From a virus (Duplodnaviria; Caudoviricetes): a stretch of DNA of 64,000 bases. Below are positions 20,568 through 32,500 of this stretch, in pieces. The position numbers were made by a program, and so were the translations under genes. The stretch spans positions 1-64,000 of IMG/VR virus record IMGVR_UViG_3300019371_000265. The stretch is one strand, 5' to 3'. Each line of letters opens with the position of its first letter. Positions within the stretch are counted from its first letter, which is position 1. Under the pieces are notes generated by a model. That model worked only from the letters and a program-made list of their open reading frames with translations. It made no database searches and had not been told where the DNA came from.

Positions 20568-21914
20568 TTAGTCATATGGTGTAGTCGTACCATGTGGTTT
20601 TGCTTCTATAATTCCTATCTTTTTTGAGGTAAACATCATATCTATGTATTCACTTTCTCCCATATGCTGCTTACCAAGTCTGTTTAATTTAACTGTTAAT
20701 TTATGCGTCCCACATTCTTTACCATCACTTACAATTTCTTCATTGGTTTTCTCTTCCCATTTAACGGCAACAGAACAGAACTTCTCGATACCGTCCGATT
20801 CAGCAACTTCATTTGACCTATTTAACTGAGCAAATGCAAGAACAGACATTTTTAAATCACCAGCTATAATGTTTTTTAACCAGTTGGCAATACCTGCCAT
20901 GTAAGCACTTCTTTCAGCAGAATTCAAAATAGAATCATCGCATTTTATGTAGTCCCAAATAACAAACTTTAATCCCATCTCAATTTTCTTCTGAGCACAA
21001 ATAGAATAGAACCTTTCTTTTGTTATGTATGGATCAAAATTATGGAAAAGAGGGAGGGTTTCAAGGTATTCGTTGGTATCTTCTATCAACTTCTCCTCGT
21101 CTTTTGTAAGTTTTTCGTTTTTTATGCGAGAGACAGGAACTCCACTAATATATGAAACAGCTCTTATATACCAGTTTTCATCACTCATTTCGCTATCTTG
21201 CACGAAAGTAGGGACTCCGTTCATTGCTTTGTGGAGGGCTTCAATCATTGCCAACCACGACTTTCCCTTTTTCATTCTAGCTTCAATAACGACTAGTTCA
21301 GTTTCTTCATATGTAAAGAATTCGTTGATACTGGAAAAGAACGATGGCAATCCATACGATTCTCCCCTGTCTTTTTTGTCTTTTATTTTCTTCCAAATGT
21401 CTTTTATCTTCGAACCAAAAGTGGTAATCTCTCCATCAGTTACAAAACTCGTAGTTAGCTCACTTAAATCCTTATACACAGAATTGCTCATGGTATCCAA
21501 ATGAATTTCATCATCGAAACATTTTTTTTGCCAATCTCCTGCTTTCTTATAGAATGAGCGTTTAAAAGCTAATTCTACAACCCTATTGACCAACAAAAGA
21601 TATTCTTCAACACTATCTCGTTTCGTGTTATAACAAAGATCTATATATTCCTGTATATTTGGTAGGTTATACTCTTGAATCTTTTTCTTTACCGCCTTGT
21701 TTGAATCAAGCATTTGCTCTATGTTCAAAGCTGTTATGTTTGTAATTTTTTGTGAGAATAGTTCTTTTATTGCCCAATAGATACAGGCGTTGTCTACGTT
21801 ATAAAAATACTTCTCATGTAGATAATTACTGTGTAATATAAATTCAGGGTGGTATACTAACGTAGAAATAATTCCTGCTTCTGCTTTGTAATCAGAAATT
21901 TCGCTTAATTCCAC
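20568..21914 (-). CDS. Replicative DnaB-like helicase
   Basis: AEAGII N-domain, ARMKKGKS Walker A, SEMS, DYIK, AQLNR. Confidence 0.9.
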   Translation of the reverse strand: MELSEISDYKAEAGIISTLVYHPEFILHSNYLHEKYFYNVDNACIYWAIKELFSQKITNITALNIEQMLDSNKAVKKKIQEYNLPNIQEYIDLCYNTKRDSVEEYLLLVNRVVELAFKRSFYKKAGDWQKKCFDDEIHLDTMSNSVYKDLSELTTSFVTDGEITTFGSKIKDIWKKIKDKKDRGESYGLPSFFSSINEFFTYEETELVVIEARMKKGKSWLAMIEALHKAMNGVPTFVQDSEMSDENWYIRAVSYISGVPVSRIKNEKLTKDEEKLIEDTNEYLETLPLFHNFDPYITKERFYSICAQKKIEMGLKFVIWDYIKCDDSILNSAERSAYMAGIANWLKNIIAGDLKMSVLAFAQLNRSNEVAESDGIEKFCSVAVKWEEKTNEEIVSDGKECGTHKLTVKLNRLGKQHMGESEYIDMMFTSKKIGIIEAKPHGTTTPYD

Positions 21915-22402
21915 TAATTTCCTCCTTTTAAAATGCCTCCAAATCCTACGTTATTGCTAGAAGAATAATTAAAACTACTGTCTATAGGTTTAGCAATAGA
22001 CGATTGTTCTGCTTCGCTCCTAATTTCGTCGGCAATTTCTTTTGATTTTTTCTTATTCCAAACATCTTTAATCCTCTGATTATCTATTAGGTAATGTAGG
22101 TTATATGGACTTTTAACTGGAATCTTAGCGTTTATAGCATGATTTAATGCAAATAAAAGGTATTCAGAGTCAACGTTTTTCTTAAAAACAATATTATTGA
22201 TAACACCAACCAATTGCTTTACTACAACCGTACTGCTGATTTTTTCATAATAAGTGTCTTTGATTTTTGTGATGTTTTCACTAATCCTGGCACAATCCTC
22301 ATGCATATATCTGTTGCCAATCTTTACAGCACTGTCCTGTGAAATTTCACAGGACTCGTGCTGGCAATGTTTAAAGGCGCATTTAAATGTTTTCTCTTTC
22401 AT
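21914..22402 (-). CDS. Hypothetical replication protein with N-terminal Cys/His cluster
   Basis: CAFKHC..HEDC; coupled to the helicase gene. Confidence 0.5.
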   Translation of the reverse strand: MKEKTFKCAFKHCQHESCEISQDSAVKIGNRYMHEDCARISENITKIKDTYYEKISSTVVVKQLVGVINNIVFKKNVDSEYLLFALNHAINAKIPVKSPYNLHYLIDNQRIKDVWNKKKSKEIADEIRSEAEQSSIAKPIDSSFNYSSSNNVGFGGILKGGN

Positions 22403-22412
22403 GCTTCACCTC

Positions 22413-22826
22413 TTAGTTGAAGGGCAATTCTTCGTCTTCCACGTTATCTGGAATATTTACAAAATTAGCATCAGATTGCTTTTCTTCGCTGTTTTTAGGC
22501 TTTTGTTCATCATCTGAAAACGCATAAACAACATAGTTTGTATATGTAGTGTTCTTTTCTTTGTCGTACTTGTTAGTCACTTCGCATGATTCAATTTTTA
22601 CAGAGTCGCCATCTTTGATGGTTTCTGCCTGTTTTGATGCCGTACCAACTAATCTTACGAATTTATTTGACCAATCGGTTTCATACTTTGTTTTTCCATT
22701 TTCCTTAATTTCATTACCGGTTTTGTCTTTTGCTTTTTTACTGGTTGACATTTCTGCTACATAAAAATTACCTGTTCCCTTTTCTACTTTCCAAATCTTT
22801 GCGTATGCTCCTGCTCTAAATCCCAT
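22413..22826 (-). CDS. Single-stranded DNA-binding protein
   Basis: OB-like body, acidic tail DEELPFN. Confidence 0.85.
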   Translation of the reverse strand: MGFRAGAYAKIWKVEKGTGNFYVAEMSTSKKAKDKTGNEIKENGKTKYETDWSNKFVRLVGTASKQAETIKDGDSVKIESCEVTNKYDKEKNTTYTNYVVYAFSDDEQKPKNSEEKQSDANFVNIPDNVEDEELPFN

Positions 22827-22842
22827 TCTATTAATCTCCTTT

Positions 22843-23463
22843 TTATTTTCTTATTCCCATCAACTGGGTCTTTAACGTTTTTAGTTTTTCAATATCGTCC
22901 ATCAATCTCGGATCTCCATTAGCATCTGCATCTGCGGTTTTACAGAATTCAGCGACTCTTTCTTTTGCCGAATCAGAGACTTTTGATCTATCCAACACCA
23001 ATTTGAAGCATTCATCTCTTAGTTTCACTAATTCTTTACTTTCTTCTGGTAAATCTTCTCCTTCATATATGTAAAGTCCAAGTCCATGTCTGGCACACGC
23101 CTTAGTGAGCGATCTTTGAATTGATTTATTAGCTTCTGATGATTTAATTTCTTCCGCGGGAATTGCGTTATTCTTAAAATCCATAATCGGCAAATCCTCA
23201 ATATGCTCAATTCCGTTGATGACAACACCTGTTTTTACCCAACCTGTTCTTCCGTCATCGAACCATGGTCTTGTTTTCATTGGAGTGCAACCGTCTGGAG
23301 CATAGGAAAGAACTTCCTCATATATCTTGTATGTTGCATCTGGATACATCTTTTTTACTTCTGCCCATGCAGCCGCCCAAGATAGATAATTTAATTTATT
23401 TTTCTGTTTCACTTTTCCTGTTACATCAACATTGTATAAATCTTTAAAGTAATTTTCTGACAT
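22843..23463 (-). CDS. Sak3/DUF1071 single-strand annealing protein
   Basis: YLSWAAAW, LPIMDFKN, NKSIQRSLTKACARHGLGLYIYEGED. Confidence 0.9.
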   Translation of the reverse strand: MSENYFKDLYNVDVTGKVKQKNKLNYLSWAAAWAEVKKMYPDATYKIYEEVLSYAPDGCTPMKTRPWFDDGRTGWVKTGVVINGIEHIEDLPIMDFKNNAIPAEEIKSSEANKSIQRSLTKACARHGLGLYIYEGEDLPEESKELVKLRDECFKLVLDRSKVSDSAKERVAEFCKTADADANGDPRLMDDIEKLKTLKTQLMGIRK

Positions 23464-24054
23464 TAAAATCCTCCCTAATTAATATGGTAGTTCCAGTTCC
23501 GTTTCCTTTTCTCCGAGATATTTAATCCCGTTATCGAAATTCCCTTTTACGATGGGAACGCCATGAATGATTGAAATTCCTTCTTCTGAGTCCCTTGCCG
23601 TATGTAGAATATCTAAGATCCTATAGTCATTTCTTCCTACTAAAACCACTTCTGGTTTGTTCTTATCAATCCCTCTCATGATTTCTAAGTTTAAACTCAC
23701 ACCTTCTTTTAAAATTGGTTTTAAGACTTCTAAAGCTAGGTATCCCCAATCATTTTCTCCGCAAATATGTAACCAGTGATTGTCGTCTCCAAACATAGAT
23801 AGATCTAACATTCTCATTTTACCAACTCCGTTATATGGTCTAGCAATCTCTCTGTCTGGTCTGATTTCTTTTATTTTGATGCCTAATTCTCCTCCTATTT
23901 CAATACACCTCTTTCTTATTTTTTATTTAGACTCTATGAACAACAGCCCGTTATCGACTGGTACATAAAAATAACTCTATGTGAAGTCTATTTTTTAACT
24001 CTCGCAGCGCACAAATTCACCGTAAAATGATACTTTGAAAGACTATCGTTTTTA

Positions 24055-24102
24055 CTACTATATATTGTGTTTATTTGATTATCAATACACTATATCTAGC
24101 AT
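24055..24102. promoter_or_regulatory. Tandem NrdR boxes upstream of the replication operon
   Basis: ctaCTATATATTGtgt (24055) and acaCTATATcTAGcat (24087), 32 bp apart. Confidence 0.75.
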
Positions 24103-24184
24103 GTGAACCACAAGAGATTGTGCTATGGGAACAGATTTCCCACATTATGTTGTTCTTTGTTTTTAATAAGGAAGTTTTTGCTAT

Positions 24185-24449
24185 TCAAGTCTGTTTACTG
24201 GCTCGCCAAAGCCTTAAATATATTCATATGTAACTTTTGCTTTTACTGGAATAACTTCAAATGGATCGGAGAATGCGGTTATTCCATTTGTAAACAAATT
24301 AACCGCCACATGAGGTAAGCTTTTACATGCAACTGCTTTACTCTCGTCTCGTATTTTTACATACAATTCTCCCTCATATAAAATGCACCACCATAATTTA
24401 ATTCTCTAATTGGAATCTTATTTGTAGGTTTATTTTCAATTATCATCAT
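24185..24449 (-). pseudogene. Frameshifted small gene resembling 24901-25101
   Basis: MMIIENKP..GGAF/YEGELYVK..PVKAKVTY; missing base in the T4 run at 24380-24383. Confidence 0.55.
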
Positions 24450-25626
24450 TCTCTCTCCAATCTATCACCGTTACAATCACGTCGTCGCCCTCTACGTCAT
24501 CACTGCCGTCCAAATCATCTTCTCTGCTAAAATAGTCCGTATACAAGTCGCAAGTGGTTTCTCGATATTCCTCGGTAGTCTTTTTTACTGTCGCCGTTTC
24601 TAATCCTTCAACATCTAAATATCCTGTGTAATAATCATTTTTCAGAACTACGGTTTCAGATAACTTAGATTCATCCGCAAGTAATAACTCAACCAATTCT
24701 TGTCTTGTCATATCATCACCTCCTACTGATCCGCTCTCAATAAAATTCCATGGAGTCCATCATCTCTTTCTCCAATCACAATATCATCCACTGTGGGATA
24801 CGCTTCAAATCCGCATTCCTTAGTAGTTACGCAGATTTCATAATCATCTGGAATACATTTTTCAATACACAACCGTTTGAATTCTCCGACTGTCATCTTT
24901 TCACCTTTCTTTATATGTAATTGTAATATCAACTGGATTTACTATTGTTTGTGGAATGAACCATGTGACCTTGCACGTATTCATACATAAAACTTCTCTC
25001 ATATTTATTTTTACAAAAAGTTCATCTTTATATACAAATCCGTCTTTAAAATCTAAGTCTTGAAACATAACACGCTCATCATCGACTTTCTTTACTACCA
25101 TTGTATTCTCCTTTCCCTGTCAAACTGAAATTTGATACTAATATGACATTGCTCTAATCTTTTCTCCACATTCTGGACAGATTATATATCTTCTTGCATG
25201 TTCTTTTTCTCCACTCAAATATTTTTCTTCAATTACATCACTAAAATTATATTTCAGTTTAGACCGACAACCAAGACATATACCATAATACTCTGGATCT
25301 GGTCTTCTCTCGATTACTTCAATCATAAAAGACCTCTTTCTATTAAAAAATCATCCATCATTTTAATCCATGGATCGTCACTCATTACTCTAACTGACAC
25401 TCCATACGTCTTTTCGTATTCGGCAATTGCTGCATTAAGTTGATCTCCAAGAGTTTTAATATTAGCCAGTTTCTCTTTTCTTACCAACTCAGTCAATCTC
25501 TTCTCTTCGTCTCTCGCCACCATATCTTCTTTAATTTCTTTGTTATGTACCTCGCATTTCTCCAGTGTTTCAAATTTCTGTCCGTCGTAAGCTGTAAACA
25601 TTTTCATCTCTCCTTTTCTTTTAGAC

Positions 25627-25698
25627 ATTTTATTTCCATCTATATACATAGTATAACTCTGCTTTTGTTCTGTGTCAACCATTTTATTTCAATCTATT
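25627..25698 (-). promoter_or_regulatory. sigmaA promoter flanked by two copies of repeat B
   Basis: TTGACA (25678-25673)-17-TATACT (25655-25650); repeats at 25681-25698 and 25627-25644. Confidence 0.8.
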
Positions 25699-26767
25699 AA
25701 AATAGTTATTTTATTTACAGTGAGTTAACTCAATTTGCTATTGGCTATTCCAATTGCTTCTGCCAAAGCTTCCTTAAATTCTTTGTATTTCTGTACTACG
25801 TTGTGATAATGGTATCTTTCGTTATCTAATTCCTTCTTGGTGAAACCGAAATATGCAGCGTCACTAATCGCGTATCCCATACCATAAATGTAATGTTCTC
25901 CCTCACTGTTATCAATCGGAGATTCATTCCAATCTTTAATGGTTTCGTACATTTTATTATAATCTTTTACCATTCCAGACATTTTACTTCCCATCACTAT
26001 TCTCCTTTCATTGTTGAAATCGGCCTTTTAAGCAAAACTAATCTTCTATAAACTTACTATACTTTTCCATTGCACGATCCATCGCATCATCAAGCAATTG
26101 CTTCTTTGTGGTTAATACTGGCAACCTCTCTTCCATTTTTATTCTCTTCATTAAATCGTCATAATCTTCTATTGCTTGGGATAAATTCGCATTTTCAATA
26201 ATAACCACCTCTGTGTTGTCTTTTAAAATACGAAGTGAAAATGTAGAGTCGTCTATATGTGCCAGCATTGTATTTGTAAACTCAATGGTTGGGAATCCAA
26301 AATTCCATGGTTCACTCAACCACTTGTCAACGTATGGGGCAGTATCATTGTTACTCTTTATCGTAATGCGCATCGGAGTCCATGGTGCGATATCTTTGCT
26401 AGAATCTATAAAATATATTTCATCTTGGGTATCAGTGATATGGCAATAAGATAAGTGTGATGTCAAATATGGTCTTTCTTCTAAAAACTTTTTTGCATTT
26501 ATAAACTTGACACACGGTCTATCATCTACGATTTTTTCTTCACTTATTAGTTCCAGAAATTTCTTCCATAATTTCATTTATCTCTCCTTCCAGCTCTAAA
26601 ATTACATCTCTGATATTTTCAGCAATCACATTTACTGCATTAGACTCATGTATCCTGGCAGCTTCGATCTGCAAATTGATATCAATTATCTTCAGTTCTC
26701 TAAGTTTCTCTTGAATTATCCCCACTAACTCCAACTCTTTGTCTTTCCCCATACGAATCTCCTTCCC

Positions 26768-26785
26768 GTCAAAGTTCCGATTGAC
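26768..26785. repeat. Junction palindrome (repeat A), perfect-arm example
   Basis: GTCAA agttccga TTGAC between genes. Confidence 0.85.
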
Positions 26786-28311
26786 CGACTTATTTAGTTG
26801 GCTACTTCGTTATTAAAAGCTATAATTTCTTTCAAACCAGCTAGCCTATTAACGTGAATCTCTTTGGTTTTCCATATATAGTTTTCAAAATTCTCCTGCT
26901 TCTCATCACATAAATGTTGAAAATATGCTTTTACAGATTCAACTTTATTTTCTGTAAATATTCCAAGAGATACGTAACTACGTTCTGTTGTGGTTGTGTC
27001 ATATATGTATGATACAAATATTTCAAATAATTTCATTTTTCCTCCATTCATCTCCGTAAAAGAGTTCTTTTATTAAGACTCTGATTCCTCGATTAAATCC
27101 GATGCATTCTCTTTCATGTATTTACTTAGCTTAATATACCCATTTGTATTAGCAGAATCATCAAAGCCACGGAATCTCACTCTCGCAGGATATACGTTGG
27201 TAATCACTCCATTGTCTATTGTTGCGACTATTGCCCAACCAAATGTATGAAGAATCATATTGATCCACCAGAGCATTCCACTATTCCTGAATTCCTCCCA
27301 CGTTCTTTTGTTTATCATTTCCTGTTTTTCATATTTATCACAAGTACTATTGGGACTACAATAACACCTATCTTTTTTATGCTTGCATGTTTCACAGATC
27401 TGAGCTGCCATTTTTATTATCCTCCATTCCTATAAAATTACAAATGCTATCCATGTAGACAAAATCTGTATCAAATGAATTGTCTGTTTTTGAATTAAAC
27501 TTAATGTGTGTTTATTTGTTTTTTCATTATCAACAATCATATAGACAACTGTATTCGTTACATAGCATAACGGATACCACATGCCACCACTAATGACAAT
27601 ATGGATTGTTAATGGCAGCATAATCATAAATGTCCAACGGAAACTATGTAAGAACAGTGCCATTAAATAATCATACCTATATTTGCTTTCATAATATTGG
27701 TGTTTTGTCAGTCCAATTGTATAATAAACTGAATCATCATACCATGTTTTACATTTTCTTTTTTCTAAATATCCTTGTAGATTGTACTCTGCTATAATGT
27801 GTAAAAACAACATACTCAATAATACAAATATCTTAATTGCCATTTAAATCCTCCCTATCAAAGAAATATTTTACTTGCTCTCACATATAAGATATGTTTT
27901 ATCATTCAGCGTAAGAGTGCCCACCGTACTACTTGCCGTGAGGTTTTCAATAGCAATATCTAAAGCTGTTACAGCTTCCTCAATATCATTCAGATATTTT
28001 TCTCTATCCCACTCTTCATCAACATAGCTACTCAAATCTTTCAATACCTCAATTGCTTTTTCTATTGTCATATTTTTTCTCCTTTCAAATGAGCAATTTA
28101 CTAGCAATTATTCATGTCTTTAATTTGTAATCTCTGTAAGTATTCGTATTTCGCGTCATTGTAAATACAAACATAAAATCCTTCATCAGTGTTGTACTCT
28201 CCGGTATGAAAAGCTCCGCCGCATTTTTTAATCAGGTACCATTTAATAAACCTATGCAGATATTTCCTTAACATCATAATTCCTCCCTGTAGAATAAATG
28301 TTTCACAGACT

Positions 28312-29505
28312 TTATTCGCTCGCCTTAAAATTGTAAACTGGTTTAATAATATTGACGATATCAACCGTGTCAGATATATTATCTACAATATCACTTAATG
28401 ATTTGTAAGCCATTGGAGATTCATCAATTGTTGACTGATTCACGCATGTAGTAAAAACACCTTCCATTGAGTTCTCAAATTCTTTAACATCAAGAATCTC
28501 TCTTGCCTTATGTCTGCTCATTAATCTTCCAGCTCCATGCGGTGCAGATTGGTTCCAGTCATCATTTCCTTTTCCTATACCGACGATACAACCATCTCTC
28601 ATATTGATAGGAATAAGTAATTTCTCTCCTTTTCTAGCCGAAATAGCTCCTTTACGGACAATGTTGCTTTCGTGGTCAATATAATTATGGATCGTCGTAA
28701 AGATGGATTTAATCTCTATTCCATAGTTTTTAATTATTATGACTCCAATCATCTGGCGATTAGCATCGGCATATTCCTGACATATCTTCATATCATGTAA
28801 ATATTTTTCTCGATACTCACCTTCTAAATAACACAATTCCTTTGGAATATCCAGTTCCTTCGCTTTGAAATCCTTATGCAAATTTTTAATAGCTGCTTGA
28901 ATCTCTTTGCGCCTTCCAGTTCTTTTATATTCCTCGATCAAATTTTCTTGTTCTTCGTATAATTTGTCTTTACCTTGCATTAATTCAATTGCTAAATTCT
29001 GGTAGTAATCTGCAACTTGCTTTCCTAAATTACGGCTCCCAGAATGAATTGTTAAGTATTTGTTATCATCTGGATCAACACCAACTTCAATGAAGTGATT
29101 ACCTCCACCCAGCGTACCAATACTTCTTTCAATTCTTTTTGTATCCTTTAATTCTCTGTAACAATATAAGTCAGATATCTTGTCAAATCTTATCACTCTT
29201 TCATCATGAACACTTCTACCGCTTGGAACATATTTCCTAACAACATCATCTAATTTAGCGAAATCAATCTCAATTTTTCCCAAATCAAAAGTTGTCATTC
29301 CACACCCAATATCTACTCCTACAATATTAGGAATCACTTTATTGCCCAGGTCTGCCGTAAAACCAATCACACAACCTGCACCAGCATGAACGTCTGGCAT
29401 AATTCGCACCTTACAATCCTTAAAAGCAGGTTGATTTATAAGAGTATTTATTTGGCTTAATGCTTCGTCTTCAATTACATTTGTAAATATCTTTAAATCG
29501 CTCAT
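28312..29505 (-). CDS. rtcB: RtcB family RNA ligase
   Basis: MPDVHAG, VGVDIGCG, GTLGGGNHFIE, HSGSR, HNY, SAPHGAGR, DESPMAYK. Confidence 0.95.
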   Translation of the reverse strand: MSDLKIFTNVIEDEALSQINTLINQPAFKDCKVRIMPDVHAGAGCVIGFTADLGNKVIPNIVGVDIGCGMTTFDLGKIEIDFAKLDDVVRKYVPSGRSVHDERVIRFDKISDLYCYRELKDTKRIERSIGTLGGGNHFIEVGVDPDDNKYLTIHSGSRNLGKQVADYYQNLAIELMQGKDKLYEEQENLIEEYKRTGRRKEIQAAIKNLHKDFKAKELDIPKELCYLEGEYREKYLHDMKICQEYADANRQMIGVIIIKNYGIEIKSIFTTIHNYIDHESNIVRKGAISARKGEKLLIPINMRDGCIVGIGKGNDDWNQSAPHGAGRLMSRHKAREILDVKEFENSMEGVFTTCVNQSTIDESPMAYKSLSDIVDNISDTVDIVNIIKPVYNFKASE

Positions 29506-29545
29506 ATTTTCACCTCTCAGTCAAAGGAATCTTTGGTAGACTCCT

Positions 29546-32500
29546 TTATTCCAGCTCCTCATCTTCCTGGTCAATATGTAAACTTCCCTCTGCCATCACA
29601 CTTAATCCCCAGATCTCTTCTTTCTGTGCTCCATAAGGAATAATCTGTAATTTGGTTTTCTCGCCTTTACCAGAAATCTTAGTCAGTGTTCCGCTAATTT
29701 TCTCGCCTGTCTCCGCTGCGAATGTAATCTTCATTCCTTCGTCAATTCTCAATACTCCGTTTGCTGTCTCCACCTCTACGCTTTTAAATGGGTTCGTTGT
29801 AGTTAATACCATATGTAATTTCTCCTTTTCATTTTTGATTTATTTTTGTTTTAATAATACTTTCATATCGTTACGCAAGTTACTAGGAATCTGAATTACT
29901 GTGATCAATCTCTCATTCATAAATATAAACGCCTTGTCGCCATATAACCGGATATTGTTTGCGGTTTTATTGGTGAAATATAATCCGTCTACCCATTTCT
30001 TCAGATTCCCTTTTGTTTGACCATGCCGAATTCCGTCGTTGAAGGCCTTGTCGGACATTCTTTGTACTGATTTCTTATTGAGTCCACAGCGTTCAATCAA
30101 ACGTTCCTCAGCATGTTTTGTGACTTCCACCACAGTCCCCACCTACTTTGCATCAGTATCGATTTTGTACTCAAAAGAGTCATTTCTGAATAAATAGCAA
30201 AACAACAACAATATATTGGCTATTGGTATTGCTGAAATCGCCAAAGACTTTATTCCCAAAAGAATATTTGAAGCCAAGTTTCTCTTGCGCTTTTTATAGT
30301 CTTCTAGTTGTTCTTTCGTTAACATAGATTTACATTTGTTTATAGCTACATTCATATTCAGCCAAAATAAAATCCAATTTAAAAATGTAATTCCAAGATA
30401 GATACATAGTATTACTTTCATATTTCACCTCCAACTTTAATCTTCATCGTCATTAAAATACTGGCTTAACGATTCTCCGTACCACTCCCAATTATCAACT
30501 CCGCCATGTTCCAGTGCTTCTAATATTCTGTTTCTGCGTAATAGATCTTCATATTCTTCTTTAGTGATAATCTGATCCGTTCCAGAAACTTTTAAATTAT
30601 TGCCTCCTAAATTGTTTACCAGCTTGGATACGGTCATTTTAATCTTCTGGTTCATTTCCTGCTGAATGCTTGAATATAAATCATCATAGAGCTTTTCGAT
30701 TGTCTTTGACTTAATTTCATTTGCAACATCATTTTCAACATAATCAAGACCTTTCGGTAACTGCTTGTTGAAGAAATCACTATACAATTTTTTATACTCT
30801 CCCTTGGCTTCTTTAAGCAGCTCACCAAACACCTTATCTTTTATCTCTTGTTTAATTTCATTTTTTAAATCATTTTCGTCTTTATATGTAATCCTCACTT
30901 CATTCTTTATCTCGTTTTTCAACTGATATATCACATCATTCTTCGCAGCATCAAAATTTGCCTCAGACAACTCCCTGATTACTCCTTGCTTGATCCCTTC
31001 GAGCACTTCATCAAAATCAAATTCAAACTTTAAATTATTACTCATCAAATTCCTCCTTATTATTTAATTTTACTTTGCTTGCATATTTTACAATATTTTC
31101 AGTCGTGCCTTCATTATCTAAATAAACATCATATGATTCCTTACACCAAGACCCTTCACAGCTCCAATATCCATTTGGTGTGCTACTAAATTTATGTTCT
31201 CCATAATCAGTTCTGGAGCAATAGTCGCATATTGATTCGTCATCACACATTTCTTCAAATGTTTTAAGCAATAAATTCACCTCCTATTTCACCGTCAAAT
31301 GCCAATTTTAATTAATTGTAGATGTATATGGAGTACTGGAACATTCGACCAATTCATATTTAACATCATTTGGTACGATGATTGGCTTATTGTTTTCATA
31401 TTGATATTGTATGTAGTCAGAAAATTCTTCGTATTGCTCTTTAGTAAAAGCTTTATCTGATTTAAAAATTAGAATCTTTTTCATTTACCATCTTCCTCCC
31501 ATCAAAATATTTTTCTTCTTCCCATTGGTATAGCATACCGGACGGTTTAATTATTTGTTCCAATACTCTAATGGATGAGTCAATATCCACCCATGCCTTC
31601 CTCCAACGGTATCCTCTTGCTGTGTCGCTCGCCTTGAGTACAAGCCATTCTTCTCCATCATCAAAATCAATTTCGTTGTAATTTTCACAAATTATTTTTC
31701 TTGTAGATTTAATTCCGATCTTGTTCTTTTCACGTTCAATTTCCAGCAGCTTCTCAACTCCTACTTCTGCGTCGTTTGTATAAATAATACATTTTACAAC
31801 CTGATTACTACATGCTCCTTGCATTTTTCGCTCCCTGTCAATGTCAGATTTTACTTATAATATGTTCCGCAAGATCAGTGGTGGTTTCTTCTGTAAATTC
31901 TTCGAAATCTTCCAGAGTCACGGTTCCATGTGCAAATGCTGATTTATCTCGCGTAAGATTATAGGCATATGTATCTGTGTAAACTCCAAAATAATCATTT
32001 AATTCCGAAACTAGATTGTCTTTGTCTAATGCATTCTCGTAATCCATTAATCTATTTGCGAGTCTAGCAACCAGTCCGATCTCATTTTTATAAACACGAT
32101 AAATTGAATATCCGTAATCGTCCAAGACATCAATAGATCCATCGTCATTTCGTTCTAATATCTTGTTCATCACTGTTCTCCTTTATTTTCATTAATTCTC
32201 AATATAAGCGAATCCTTTTGCTGGAATACTCTAGTCCAACCACCATGGCAATCAGCAAAGTTTCCCTTGAATGCTTCTACTTTTATAAAATCATTTTTAT
32301 ACTTTGATATAATGTCTTCTTCAAATTTCGTCTCAGGAGTTAAAATTAGTTGCATATTACCCTCCTGAGACAACACCGATGTTTTCATACTTTCACCTCA
32401 CATTTTACTTGGCTTACACATATCAATTTCTTCGCTCAATATATATTTTTCGTTCTTGTAGTCAATGATGAATTTATATTCTTTCCAAGTATCCTCATTA

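Larger units (their letters stand above)
24436..28364 (-). other. Run of small co-directional hypothetical phage genes
   Basis: About 13 minus-strand ORFs of 60-180 aa, most with GGAG(G) RBS. Confidence 0.75.
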
